Of a stretch of 64,000 nt of DNA, positions 52,301-64,000 are shown one piece after another; positions within the stretch are counted from its first letter, which is position 1; every line of letters starts with the position of its first letter. Origin of the DNA: Carcharhinus amblyrhynchos. Lineage: Eukaryota. The notes beneath the pieces were generated by a model. That model did no database searches, was not told where the DNA came from, and was given only the letters and a program-made list of their open reading frames with translations. The stretch lies in assembly GCA_965287045.1 (NCBI GenBank), contig OZ336877.1, positions 86,180,001 through 86,244,000 of the forward strand. The letters are read 5' to 3'. The position numbers and the translations under genes were made by a program.

Positions 52301-55300
52301 TTCTGGGTATTTCTAAAAGCAAATAGAATGGCATAGAAATGTCTCAAAGCCATCAGGTTAGGAAAAACTTCCTGCTTTAAGAGACAATATTATTTCATTC
52401 AAAACAGTCATTAATCAGATTCATGTGATAAGCTTTCTAAAGTTTTCCCAGCCTTTGCTAAGAAAGCTTGAATGCGTGATATTTATTGAAGCATAGAAGC
52501 ACGATAATTTTCTCAAATTGAAAGCAATTGACTTCTACAATACATGGTGTCTCAAAACTGGCAATGCCTGGACCAAGCCCATGCCAGATATTAGATCTTG
52601 CTGGCTTTTGGGCCAGATCTCGCTCAGGCAGTTTGGACCAGGTTGGATTGAGCCAAGGGTGAAATGGACCAGAGTGCAGGAAAAGACAGGCGGACAAAGC
52701 TGATAAGTCGGTGTGCTACTGCATCCATGCACCACCTAGTTTAACAAGCCAGTAGTTATTTTACTCATCTCATAATATAAATTCATGAATGATCGCTTAA
52801 AATAAAAGTTTTCAGATCGCTGGATTTGGCACTGTTCCTGTGTAACTATCATGGCCCTTAAAAAGTCTCACACAATGCCATGGCCCATAATAAAACATTA
52901 ATATTCTGTCAATATCTTGGGTACTGTAGACCTGGCTTCTGTTAATACTGCAAAAATGGACATGGCAAAGGGCTTCGGAGACTTGTCGTATGGGGAGATT
53001 TAGGAGCATTTGCTAACATCTCTACCCAGTATCTGCTAATTTAAAACATTGTTTTCTGTGGCAAGGAAAGGAAGGGGAATTGGGGGGTGAGGTGTGGGTG
53101 GTGGTGCTATGGATAGAACAGAAGAGTAAAGCAGAATTGATTTAATTGGGTGTCAATTAAAGAACAAACAATAATGAGAACCGCAGTTTTGAAACAACTC
53201 TGTGAAGCTAGAGGCACCAAGTTATAGGATTAAAGCACTCAGTTACAGTTTAATGCGGAGTTTTGAAAATCAAAAAGACCTGGGGCAAGATTTTCTGGCC
53301 CTTCCTGCTGGCGGGGTTTTCCAGTCCCGACAAAGTCAACCTTTGCCACAGACTCTGCAGCAGCGATGGACAAGCCATTGATTTTGGCGGGACTGGAAGA
53401 TGTTGCTGGTGGCCAGTGGTAAGCTGCCTTCCCTGCAGGAAAAGCCACCACTGGGGGAAGGAGGTGGGGGAAACTGGAAAATTCCAACCCATTTTCAATG
53501 ATATGGCTTAATTTGTAGCGTTAGGGAAGAGTGGGGGAGAGGCGAACTGCTCTGGACAAAGCCCCAGAGAGCATGACAGGCTGAATGGCATCCTTCTGTC
53601 CTGTTTCCCTTCTATTCTCCTTATCATTATGTACATATAAACAGTCTTATCATTTCTTCTCTGAAAGAATCAACTAATAACAGAAAAACCTATATTTTAA
53701 TATCCTGAATGCCAACCAATGTCTGTTTCCGACAAAGTTGATGCCCCCTCCAACCCACTTCAAAACATTACCTTCAACATATAATTAATCTCAGAATGAA
53801 GTTCCATCAATCAATCAGCGTGAGTACGGTAAAAGCAAATTGTACCTAATACAGGGTTAAAAATGCAAAGGAGCTTCCAATACTGCAGCTCCTCTGGGCT
53901 GTAGAACAGCTTGTGCAAATTTACTAAAGGCCACTGAATAAAAATAGTACAAATGAGTAACCCCAAAGCAATGGAATGTATGGTATTGATTTTTCTCTTC
54001 ATCTCCTCCCTCCATCACAGATCAAATTAGGTTTGACAGATTATGTAGCTAAACCCACTTATGGTCATCTCTGATGTGATCAAATCTGCCTTCCCTTCAC
54101 ATCATTTCAATGTTGACAACTATAGGCAATGTCACAATTAAGATTGATTCTAAAACAATGTAAATCTAATCTGCGTTTCGTATGTTCAGTCGCAGCCCTT
54201 CTGCTTTCCCCATTCATGTCAAAATACCCAGCACTGAAGACACCAACCAATTAACATTGGAATAATTTTTCTCGTTTGTTTTGTTGGTAATTGTATTAAT
54301 GGAGGCAGTGAAGAACATGGACCCAAAATTCCAAGGATTGAGAGTCAAACAGAGCACCTGTGGTTCATTAGGAACTTGAATCTGAGGGCTTCGATAGAAC
54401 TTGTTACCATCAGGATCCTGCTCCATGCAAGAAGCCAAGAAATTTGAGTAAACAAGTTATTGCCACCTATAAAGATTTTGATGACATTTTCCAACACATC
54501 GCTGATGACTGAGAGTAAACTGCTGTGGTGTTACTGAGGAAGACTGGATTTCATAGAATCACACAGAATCGGCGGCACGGGGTTGTACCGTGGTTAGCAC
54601 CATTGCCTTACAGTGCCAAGGACCAGGATGGAAAGGGCCTTCAGATTTTGCTGAGGTTTCCAGGTGACACAATATATTTCAGTTACTGTGTTCCGTAAGG
54701 ACCATAGAACTAGTTTGAAACCGCTATAAATTCCATTGATACTTTAGCAAAGTGAGGAATATTCCGTCACACTCCAGACATATAGAACTTGTAGATGCCT
54801 TGTAGATGATAGACAGGGAAATGGCAAAAGTTTCTCTTATTGGAGAATGTCTGGCAAAATGTGTGGTATGGCGTGAGCATTATTTGTCATTTGCAAGTCC
54901 AGTCCTGAATGTTGTCCAGATCTTGCATCACAGGGCGGGCAAGACCACTTCATTGTAAGTTCTTTGTGAGAATGCCAACAAAAAAGCCAGCATCCCAGCA
55001 GCCATTTTATACCTGGCAGGTAATTGGCTCACAGTGAGTCTTCCGCACACCCTCCTGTCTTGAAAATCAGCTGGCTTCTCGGTTATCCCAGCAACACCAG
55101 ATTCGAATCCTGCCACTACTGTGACTACAGCCAAAACCCAAAGAAGAGGTGGTTATGGAAGCCAAACTGAAAGTAAGTCTGACATATTGGCAGCCCCAGC
55201 AGGGAACACGAAGGATGCGAGGGACTAGTTTTGAGACGGGGGAGAGGTTTAGAAAGGGTTAAAGGGGCATTATAATATATGAGGGGGGTTCCTCTGAAGA

Positions 55301-55519
55301 GCATGATGTCTCCCTCTTCTCCCCTCCCCTTCTTCCCCATCCCTCCCCCTTCCCCAGAAAGAGATCTGTCTCCTTCTTGCCCACCCAGTAAAAGCTGCCA
55401 GACTTCCTGTTTGGCCTAGGCCTCCCACTGTTGCTGGTAAAATAACAGGCATAGGATGGGGCACTTTAATAACAATTAATTGGCCACTTAAGGGCCTCAA
55501 CAAGCCCAAAGTCAAGTTA

Positions 55520-55610
55520 AGATATCACAGAACACCAGATTAAAGTCCAACAGGTTTATTTGGTAGCATGAGCTTTCAGAGTGTGCTGCTTCATCAGGTG
55601 AGTGGAGACT
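55520..55610 (-). mobile_element. Penelope pLTR fragment with hammerhead core
   Basis: Minus strand: ccactcac CTGATGA agcagcacactct GAAA gctc atgctaccaaataaacctgttggacttt. Confidence 0.75.
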
Positions 55611-55917
55611 TGGGTTTATTCCAAACAGTACAATCGTCTTTCTTTGTGCTAGTGGAGAGTAACCACCACTCGTTCCACCTCCCTCCCCCAAATTCACTAA
55701 CTTTAATTTTACTAGGGCTCCTTAATGCTATGCTCCATTAAGTGCTGCCTTGATATTTACAACTCTGGACAGGAGCGGATTGGTCCAAAACACTGGTGAA
55801 CAAGTTATTGCCACCTGTAAAGATTTTGATGACATCTTCCAACATACTGCTGATGATTGAGAGTAGACTGCTGTGGTGTTACTGAGGAAGACTGGATTTC
55901 ATAGAATCACATAGGAT

Positions 55918-56370
55918 TGGTGGCTCGGTTGTACAGTGGTTAGCAGTGTTGCCTTACAGTGCCATGGACCAGGGATTGGTTCACGGCTTGGGTCACTGGC
56001 TGCGGAGAGTCTGCACATTGTCCCCATGTCTGCATGAGTTTCCTCCAGGTGCTTCGATTTCCTCCCACAGTCCAAAAGACATGCTTATTAGGTGCACTAG
56101 CTGTGCTAAATTCTCCTTCACTGTACCCGAACAGGTGCCAGAGTGTGGCAATTAGGGGATTTTCATAGTAACTTCATTGTAGTGTTAATGTATGCCTATG
56201 ACACTAATAAATAAACTTTAAGAAAGTGCAGAAAGAGGCTATTTGGCCCATTGAGTCTGTACTGACAATGATCCCACCCAGGCCTTATCCCTGTAACCAC
56301 ACGTAATTACCCTGCTAATCTCTCTGACGCAAAGGGGCAACTGAGCATGCACCTAACCTGCATATCTTTG
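55918..56370 (+). mobile_element. SINE with HE1-like head and alternative tail (55918-56220), followed by an inverted partial HE1 copy
   Basis: Tail gtgtggcaattaggggattttcatagtaacttcattgtagtgttaatgta...aataaataaac is shared with 58785-59093. Confidence 0.75.
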
Positions 56371-58149
56371 TCCTGCATTTTTGTGGACATACCTGGTCAA
56401 TTTTCCACATCATTGGGGTTCTACTCTACTGAACTTTCAACAGCTCACAATCTGGGTCTAAAGATCACACAAAAACATTGGTTTTGATGTTTATTTAAAG
56501 CTCTCTTCATTGGACTGCCAATTACCAAAAAACTATTCAGATCGTTGGTCTGGGGAAGCTAAAAGGGCTGCTGGGCTAAACTGTTTGCAGAGTTAGTTGC
56601 TGGCAGGTCAGACCTGACAATAAATGGCAACTTCCACAAGATACATCAACAGACTTCAAAAATATATTTCAATAGAGACAACCAATGATTGCCACTGGAA
56701 GTGGATAATAATCATTAATACATAGGAGGCCATTTGACCCACTGTTGGTGTCACCACCAACTTCCCATTTATCTGTCTACATCCTGCATCATTTAAAGTT
56801 GTCTTCTCCCTCCAGATACTTACCCGATCTCCTTTCAAGTGGTGTTGCAGGCGCTGCCTCAGTTCACATCTAATATTGTGAACAACGTGCCTCTAAATTG
56901 CCTATTGTTCTTTGAGTGATAATCCGACAGTTTTTGATGATTGTTTCACCAGAACCACCTTTATTTTCAGTAAAACATATCAGGGAAGATTAACAGCTTG
57001 TGCAGAGAAAAGGGGATTTTTTTAAAACTGGCAAGTAACAACTTTTAAATGTGATCACTGCATGTTAAAACATGGATCCAGAATATGTACTGTTAAAAAA
57101 ATTAACTGCAGAAGAAACATATCTGTTATTCACAGCAGCATCTGCTTTTATTTTGCTATTCTTTGTTTTGCTCATTTTTAGGAAGAAGTTCATATCCAGG
57201 AATTTAAGATAAGAACTCTTGGGAGACAATGCCCTGAGTCAGAAATAGCAGCTGAAGACACAAAATCACATTTTTGGCCATCTCCCCATAACTCTATTCA
57301 AATGAAAGTTCCTTTCTCCATTTCACCAGCCTTCCTATTCTACTTGATGAATTCCAATTGTTTTGCTGATTAGACCAGGCTGCTTTCTGCCAGCCCTCTG
57401 CTCATTTCCTATAGCTTTTTCTGGCTACGAGATGACTTTGGCCTCTAGCCTGGATATCAAGCTTTAGGTTGACAAAAACAGGCTTAGATCACAACCAGAT
57501 AATAAACTGTACTCTTCCTCGCACAATTGGGATGATTCTGATTTTACAGATGGAAATATGTACTCATTTTGCTTTCCCTTCTCAAGCAAAACAAATACAG
57601 TTTTACATTTCATCAATGCAAAAGGCACAAATAACTTTATAGTGAAATAGAAACACTTCTGACTGAACTCACGGCCATGCACAATACTCAAAAGTGTGGA
57701 GTGCAAGTTTGTGACACCAACACACGTGTTTGGTCTTCCAGGTAAGTATTTCCCCATCTAAATTTTTAGCAATTGTGAAACTCAAATGATGGTTTACATG
57801 CATGACTTCATGTAAACACATGAACTCAGACCTAGATTGCATTTATATAGCAACTTTAATGCAGAAAACCATCTCACATTACTTCCAAGAGGAAGAAAAA
57901 CAGCTGACATAGAGACATGGGCCGGAATTCTCGAATGTCGCTCAGCCAAATCTCCATTTACTGCAGTGGGACTGGAGAATCCCAGCCGTGGGTGAGGTCA
58001 GAGAATTTCGGCCATATTCCCAGAGTGGGAAATTCTGTCCCACGTCCCGTGGTGTGGGTGGGAACTGGGAATGTTTCCTATCACGGAAGTCGATAGGAAT
58101 TCAAGACAAATCGAGCGATTTTGGTCTCATTAATTAGCAAAATGTGAGA

Positions 58150-58400
58150 ACATGTACCAACCAACTCAAGAACAGCTTCTTCCTTGCAGCCATCAGACTT
58201 TTGAATGTACCTACCACATATTACATTGATCTTTCTTTGCACCCTAGCTATAACGGTAACACTTCATTCTGTACCCTCTCCTTTGCTTCTCTCTTATGGA
58301 CTCTATGAATGGTAAGCTTTGTCTGTAGAATGCACAAGGAGCAATACTTTACACTGTATCCCAGTACATGTGATAATAATAACTCAATTCAAATCGAATC
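58150..58400 (+). mobile_element. Rex1/Babar-like LINE 3' end
   Basis: TNQLKNSFFLAAIRLLN C-terminus; same tail as 31945-32145. Confidence 0.65.
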
Positions 58401-58539
58401 TATCTAATCAGGAACTTCCTGAAGCTTTTCACAGCACAGCAAGCAGGAAGGAGTGCGCCTAGCTATCACATCCAAACAACATATTGCGAACGCACCTGGA
58501 CATCACACTTATTCACCGCTGAAGGAGGAGATTACCCAC

Positions 58540-60600
58540 TGACTGCAAGGTTCTTGGCCCTCCACATTCCAAGATGTGTCCCTGGAGTTCCTCCTCAGTG
58601 CAAAGGAGGCCAGATGGGCCATCCTCAACCCAGAGACTGGAAGGAGGAGATTGAGCCATTACACCAATCCAGCATGGAATGAAGGGAGGTCAGTGCCCAG
58701 GGGTCCACCAGAAGTCTGCCCTGCAGTGGAGAAAATGGACAAATTACCCCATCTGCTCTGCCAGATTAAGTGAACCATCAATTTCTCACACAGCGCCAGG
58801 GACCCGAGTTCAATTCCGGGCTTGGGTCACTGTTTGGCCCAAGCCAAGAGTTGATGGTTCACTTAATCTGGCAGAGCAGATGGGGTAATTCATCCATTTG
58901 GAGTTTCTACGTTCTCCCCGTGTCTGCGTGGGTTTCCTCCAGGTGCTCCAGTTCCCTCCCACCATCTGAAAGACGTGCTGGTTAGGTGCATTGACCCCAA
59001 CAGGCGCCAAAGTGTGGCAACTAGGGGAATTTCACAGCAACTACATTGCAATGTTAATGTAAGACTTACTTGTTACGAATAAATACATAAACTTTCTGAA
59101 TGGGAGGGGGCACCGGGGCCTCAGTGGCAAAGGTACCATGTGTGTGGCCCGAACATAAAAGGGGCTACTCAACATAATGAAGTGATGCCTCAAAACCCCA
59201 CTGCAGTCTGTATAGTCTGCAGGTAGACAGACCACTGATGCTCCTTGACTCTTCCACACAGAGCACTCTGATCCTGCCTGGGAGGGTGAGGCACCGGAGA
59301 ATAAGAGGTTTAGATGTTAAGCCAGCAAGTATCACTAATCAAATGCCTCTTTGTGTCTTATCCTTCCACCTGCAAAGGTAACCATTCTGGAAAGTGCTGC
59401 CCAGAACCCTTCTGAACAACTTGCAGTGTACCAATTACATGGCACACTATCCAGTGGGTTGTTTGTCAGACTGTAAGCATGAGAAAGATGCCTGAAACCC
59501 AACTGCTCTTAACCAGCGAGCAGACAGGGGGAGCTGGCCTGAACTCAAGGGTCTGACTGAATTCAATCAGCGAGCAGCCCATCAATGATGGAGAAGTCAG
59601 CAGACAGCCTCCATCCAGTCAGGATACATGCACGTCACAGAGAAACCTAACGGTCATGCATTGCTCCATGTTGGAAACAGCCACCCGCTCTCTCCTCTCT
59701 CACGGACAGGTGCCAGCAGGAAGAAAACAAGGAAACAAGAAGAGACCATGTCCAGCATTTCATCCAGTCCATGGAGGATAGAGGGCATTGGACAGGAGGA
59801 AAAAGGTGCATCTATAGCGGCGTCTCATCAATCGTGAGATACATATCTTCACGGGTGCTAAATATAGTTTGGGCTGTGTCTTACATCGTGGTGGTCACCA
59901 CATGGACACGTAGCCGTAGCAAGAGAAGGCAGGGTCAGCCAAACTCACTGGCATTCAGAAGACTGCTGGAGAAGAGGCATCTGTGGTGTCAATGTCAGAT
60001 GATGAGACTCTGGGATTCACCGTCCACGGGATGCTGGGGAAGTTGCAAGGGGTGGGGAAACATCAGGCAGAGGTGTCAGATGCATTTGGCATGAGGCGGA
60101 GGAGTCCATCTGCCTGCTCTCTAATGAAATGGTGCAAACATGCATGCATGTTGAGGTCTCTGTTGGAACAGTAATAGACACTATGGAGTATCTGGTCCCG
60201 CAGAAAGACCAGTTTCTGCAGGAGATATACACAGGTCTATATTTCATAATTGTAGCCATGGATGAGCAGTTGCAGGCGTTATATGAGAGGGGGATGGGGC
60301 ACCTCAAACTCTCTCCAGGAGTCACATTGGGTCCTCAGGCACCAGAAGAAAGGGGTGGCTAGTGAACTTCCCTGAGGGTGCCCTGTCCTTCTGAATCCTC
60401 CTCGTCTGTGACCCCTCCAGCTTGCCCTGTCCTCTGAGGCTGCAGAGAGAGCAGCTGCCCCGCAACAAGACAGCCAAAGTAAGCCGCGGTCCTCGAGGCC
60501 TTAGGTTTCCAGAGGACGCCCACCAAGGCCATTCAACATAACAGGGCAAAGAGGTCAGCAAGTTGCTGCGACGCCTTCTGCAGGTATTGAGGGAGCAATT
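58540..60600 (+). pseudogene. Decayed Myb/SANT-like ORF of a Harbinger-type transposon, interrupted by a SINE (58785-59093)
   Basis: SLEFLLSAKEARWAILNPETGRRRLSHYTNPAWNE/..SALQWRKWTN resembles the Myb/SANT-like trihelix pattern. A TIR-like start lies at about 58021. Confidence 0.55.
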
Positions 60601-61959
60601 GGAAGAAGTGGGAGGGAAAACAAGATGAAGAATTTTGATTTCACATGTGCTTACTGATTGTCAATCTTATGATACTTTTGTAAATATAGTCCAATTGCAT
60701 TTCACTGTCTGATGTGATTTATTTGTGATTTAGTCCCTAAGCCTGTTCACGGGACCTACAATGCAAACTGACCTCCCAGCTCCAACATTTCATCTGTCTC
60801 CCATTACCCTTCAGCCCTCTCCCTTCACTCTATGTCCCACGCAGGTGAATGTCAAAGGCCCCAACCTTCTCGAGGAACCCATACTCATGACAGTAAATCA
60901 CCCCTCACCCCATCATTCTGCTGATCCCCAGAATCTGTCTCTCCTTCTGCATCTCCCCCAACAACCGTCAGCCTGCTTCACCCACCATTGCAGAACCCTC
61001 ACCCACACATCCTACCAACTTCCATTAAACAAAGAAAATTACAGTACAGGTTCAGGTCCATTGGCCCTCTAAGCCTGCAATGACCATGCTGCGTGACTGA
61101 ACTAAAACCCCCTACTCTTCTGGGGACCATATCTCTCTATTCCCATCCTATTCATGTATTTGTCAAGATGCCCCTTAGAAGTCACTGTCATATCTGCTTC
61201 CACTACCCCCAATGGCACGGAGTTACAGGCACGCATCACCCTCTGTGTAAAAAACTTGATGCCTTTTTCCCTCAACATCCCTCCCTAGATGCAATTTCCT
61301 GAATATGCTTCCACTATTCCTTAATGGATACTACAGACCCCACCCTCTGAGCCCTTTGCCCTCTTTCCTGCCCATACTCGTGCCAACCTGCAGATGAATA
61401 CGTGTTCCCATTGTCATTTCATGGCGCAGGATACCAAGTTTTCAGCTCACACTGCACTGTTCCCTACCTGCCCTCCATCAAACCTGCTGCAAACCTGTAC
61501 ATTCCATCCATAATTACAATATGGGAATGAGTTTCCAAAATACTAAAATAGCTTAACCTTTAAAAAAGATTATTTGATCACCACAGTACAACTAAACAAC
61601 ATGCGAATCACTGTGGTTCATTGAAATGCACCATACATTTTTATCTTTCAACATAATGGATTACAAAAGCATGATCTCTCTTTATCTCATAATGGGTTTT
61701 TTTGGTGCCCAACAAAACACTTGCCATTCTTGCAACACTGTCTGCTACAAATGGTGAAAAAAATCTCCAAGATCAGGTCTAAGTTATGCATTCAAGAGAA
61801 ATGAACATGGATGTATCAACCAAGTCTGAAAGTTATGTTTCTAGCAGAACAATCCAAGAATAATGCTTACACCAACAAAGAGCTAGGAGACAAATGATCA
61901 ACAATAGCATCTGCACTGAAAAGAAATGGTGCAAGCTGCAAGGGTATATGTTTTAGTAA

Positions 61960-62950
61960 AGAAAACTGCATTTATATAGCTCCTTTCCTGACCATCGAAT
62001 ATCTTAAGCACATTAAAGCCAAGAGGTACTTCTTGAAATGTAATCCCTGTCGTAATGTAGAACAGTCAAGCTTGCACTCACAGTAATATGGTAATGAGTG
62101 GATAATTGGTTTTCTGATGTTGATTGAGGGATAAGTATTGGCCAGGACACCAGAGATTGCTCATCTGCCTTTCTTCAATATAATGCTTTGCAATGTTTTA
62201 CTATCATCCAAGAAGACAAACATCTTGCTTTAACATCTCTTTGGAAAGATGAAGATTACCTGTATAAGGTAGTTAACAGAACAACCTCCACATAAAATGA
62301 AAGGAAGAAAGCTTTAGTTTTCCAAAACCCAATGAAGATCAGGCTAGGTTATACTGATCATTCACACCATTGTAATGGCTGGACCTCCATTTTTGCTCCA
62401 ATGCTATCAGGCAGCAGTGAAAAGAAGGCAACTCCAAAAGAGTTATGAAGGATTTTGAGAGAGTAAACAATGAAAAATCATTTCCACTGGTTAGCAGATC
62501 ATGGGGGCAAACACTGAAAGATTGTTTCCACTGGGTGGCAAATTGTTCAATGTCAACTTGTGTTAGTTCATAGAACCTTGTCTCTAAATCAGGCATTTGT
62601 GGATTCAAGCCCCATGATAATCCAGGTTCATACTTCAGTTCAATACTTCAGATGTTCTGCATTACCAGAGGTGCTGTCTTGCAGATGAGACCTTAAAACC
62701 AAATCCTACTGCCAATCATGTGGGCAGAAAAGATTCTATGTACCATTTGAAGAGGAACAGGAAATAGTCCGAATGTCCTGACCAACATTTCCTTCCGCAG
62801 CCAAAAACAAATCATTTTGTCATTCTTTCATTTTCTGGTTAGAGAGACTTTGCTATGTGAAAATTGGCTTATGTGTTTGAGTACAAATAATAATAGTGAT
62901 TGCATCGATTGGAAGCACTTTGGTCTGAGAACACAAAAGAAGCTATAAAA
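61960..62950. mobile_element. Two old DeuSINE-like copies: minus at about 61960-62250, plus at about 62575-62950
   Basis: Deu-domain-like tttgaagaggaacagg...tgtcctgaccaacatttccttc and its reverse ttgagggataagtattggccaggacacc, with L2-like tails. Confidence 0.6.
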
Positions 62951-64000
62951 ACATTAGATTATCCTTCCTTGAACAAGTGGGCACAGATTGAACATTATCA
63001 CAAGTCGAGCAAAGAAGAACGTGGGATGATATTTTCCTATTCAGGGTTTATTATCACAAGTGACTATTGAGGCGGATGCTATTACATCATGTAAAATGGT
63101 TTTGAACAAAGTACCCGAACGAGAATACATAATGGTGACAGAGCAGCAAAAAGGAATTAGAATAAATTGCTGCAACATTGTTGTATCAATACAGGGGCAA
63201 CATGTTGAACAAGCCTTTTATGTGCTGCCAATTCCACACGTTTAATGTTTGGGCCACAAAAAAATACCACCTTGAGAAATACATTATGAAAGGTCTAGCA
63301 CCTCTCCCAGCAAACATCAGGAAATATCCAGGACAACATATGTTGCCAGTTTATAATGAAAATTCTGGATGCTCAATTGCTGATATCTACCTTACAATGC
63401 AAATGTGGCAAATTCCAGAGCACAAGAAATCAAAAAGGATTGCCAAGTTGTTTCAAGCAGTAACAATTTCACAATCTAACACAAACACAAATTATTTGCC
63501 AGGTTGCCAAATTCTAATAAACAGATAAAGGTATGAATCCCTGCTGATAATAATTTCACCAAAAACCTCAATGTAGACACTAAACAGGAAATGCTGGCAT
63601 TTTCCACTAAATTTATCAACTTGTGGAATTTCACCCTCTGGCTTTTTACTTTAAAATATTATTGAAACACAAAAAGGTAAGTACTATAGGCCATGACATA
63701 CTCCAGATTTTAGTCAGCAAATGCAGCAAATTGAAATGTTATCATTCTATTATACACAAATCATAATTTTTCTTATCGGCTCTTCTGATAGAATGCAAGC
63801 CATGAGCTGAATTTTCCTGGCCCCATAGTGCCAGGCTTGGAGGTGGGAGGGAAGGAGGAAAACAGTTGGAGGCTGCGGCAGACATCTCCCTGATACATTC
63901 CTGCCATTATGAAGTGCCGGGCTGGGGAAGTGGTTGCCCATTCCATTAGGTAGTTGGTCAAAATGCAAAGTTAAAACCTCAGTTTAGGGAAATTCTATAC

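Noticed and set aside
48000-64000. MTG8b-type exon (MISVKRNTW...) or other upstream first exons
   Set aside because: No recognisable match. The ATGTTGAAG|GTAATG near 53770 is phase 0 and incompatible with exon 2.
1-64000. CRISPR arrays, operons or prokaryotic defence systems
   Set aside because: No regularly spaced repeats or long ORFs; the sequence is a spliced vertebrate locus.

Overview
Vertebrate genomic DNA, almost certainly from a shark or other elasmobranch, judging from the HE1-type tRNA-SINEs, CR1/L2/RTE/Rex1 LINE remnants, Penelope elements and Harbinger-type MITEs. The window carries most of the RUNX1T1 (ETO/MTG8/CBFA2T1) corepressor gene on the minus strand. Ten GT-AG, phase-compatible coding exons run from the MTG8a-type start exon (ATG at 47901) down to the NHR3 exon (ending at 5980), totalling 1452 nt or 484 codons. 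The terminal MYND-finger exon lies beyond position 1. The rest is intron or upstream sequence rich in transposons. The most notable observations are Penelope-derived inserts carrying minimal hammerhead-ribozyme cores (two forming large fold-back palindromes), a candidate ETO9a-like truncating exon, a candidate second first exon in frame with exon 2, non-collinear 28S rRNA fragments, a decayed Harbinger Myb/SANT ORF, and several local duplications and inversions. I found no prokaryote-type system, and nothing here is demonstrably novel without database and RNA checks. Repeat boundaries are approximate.
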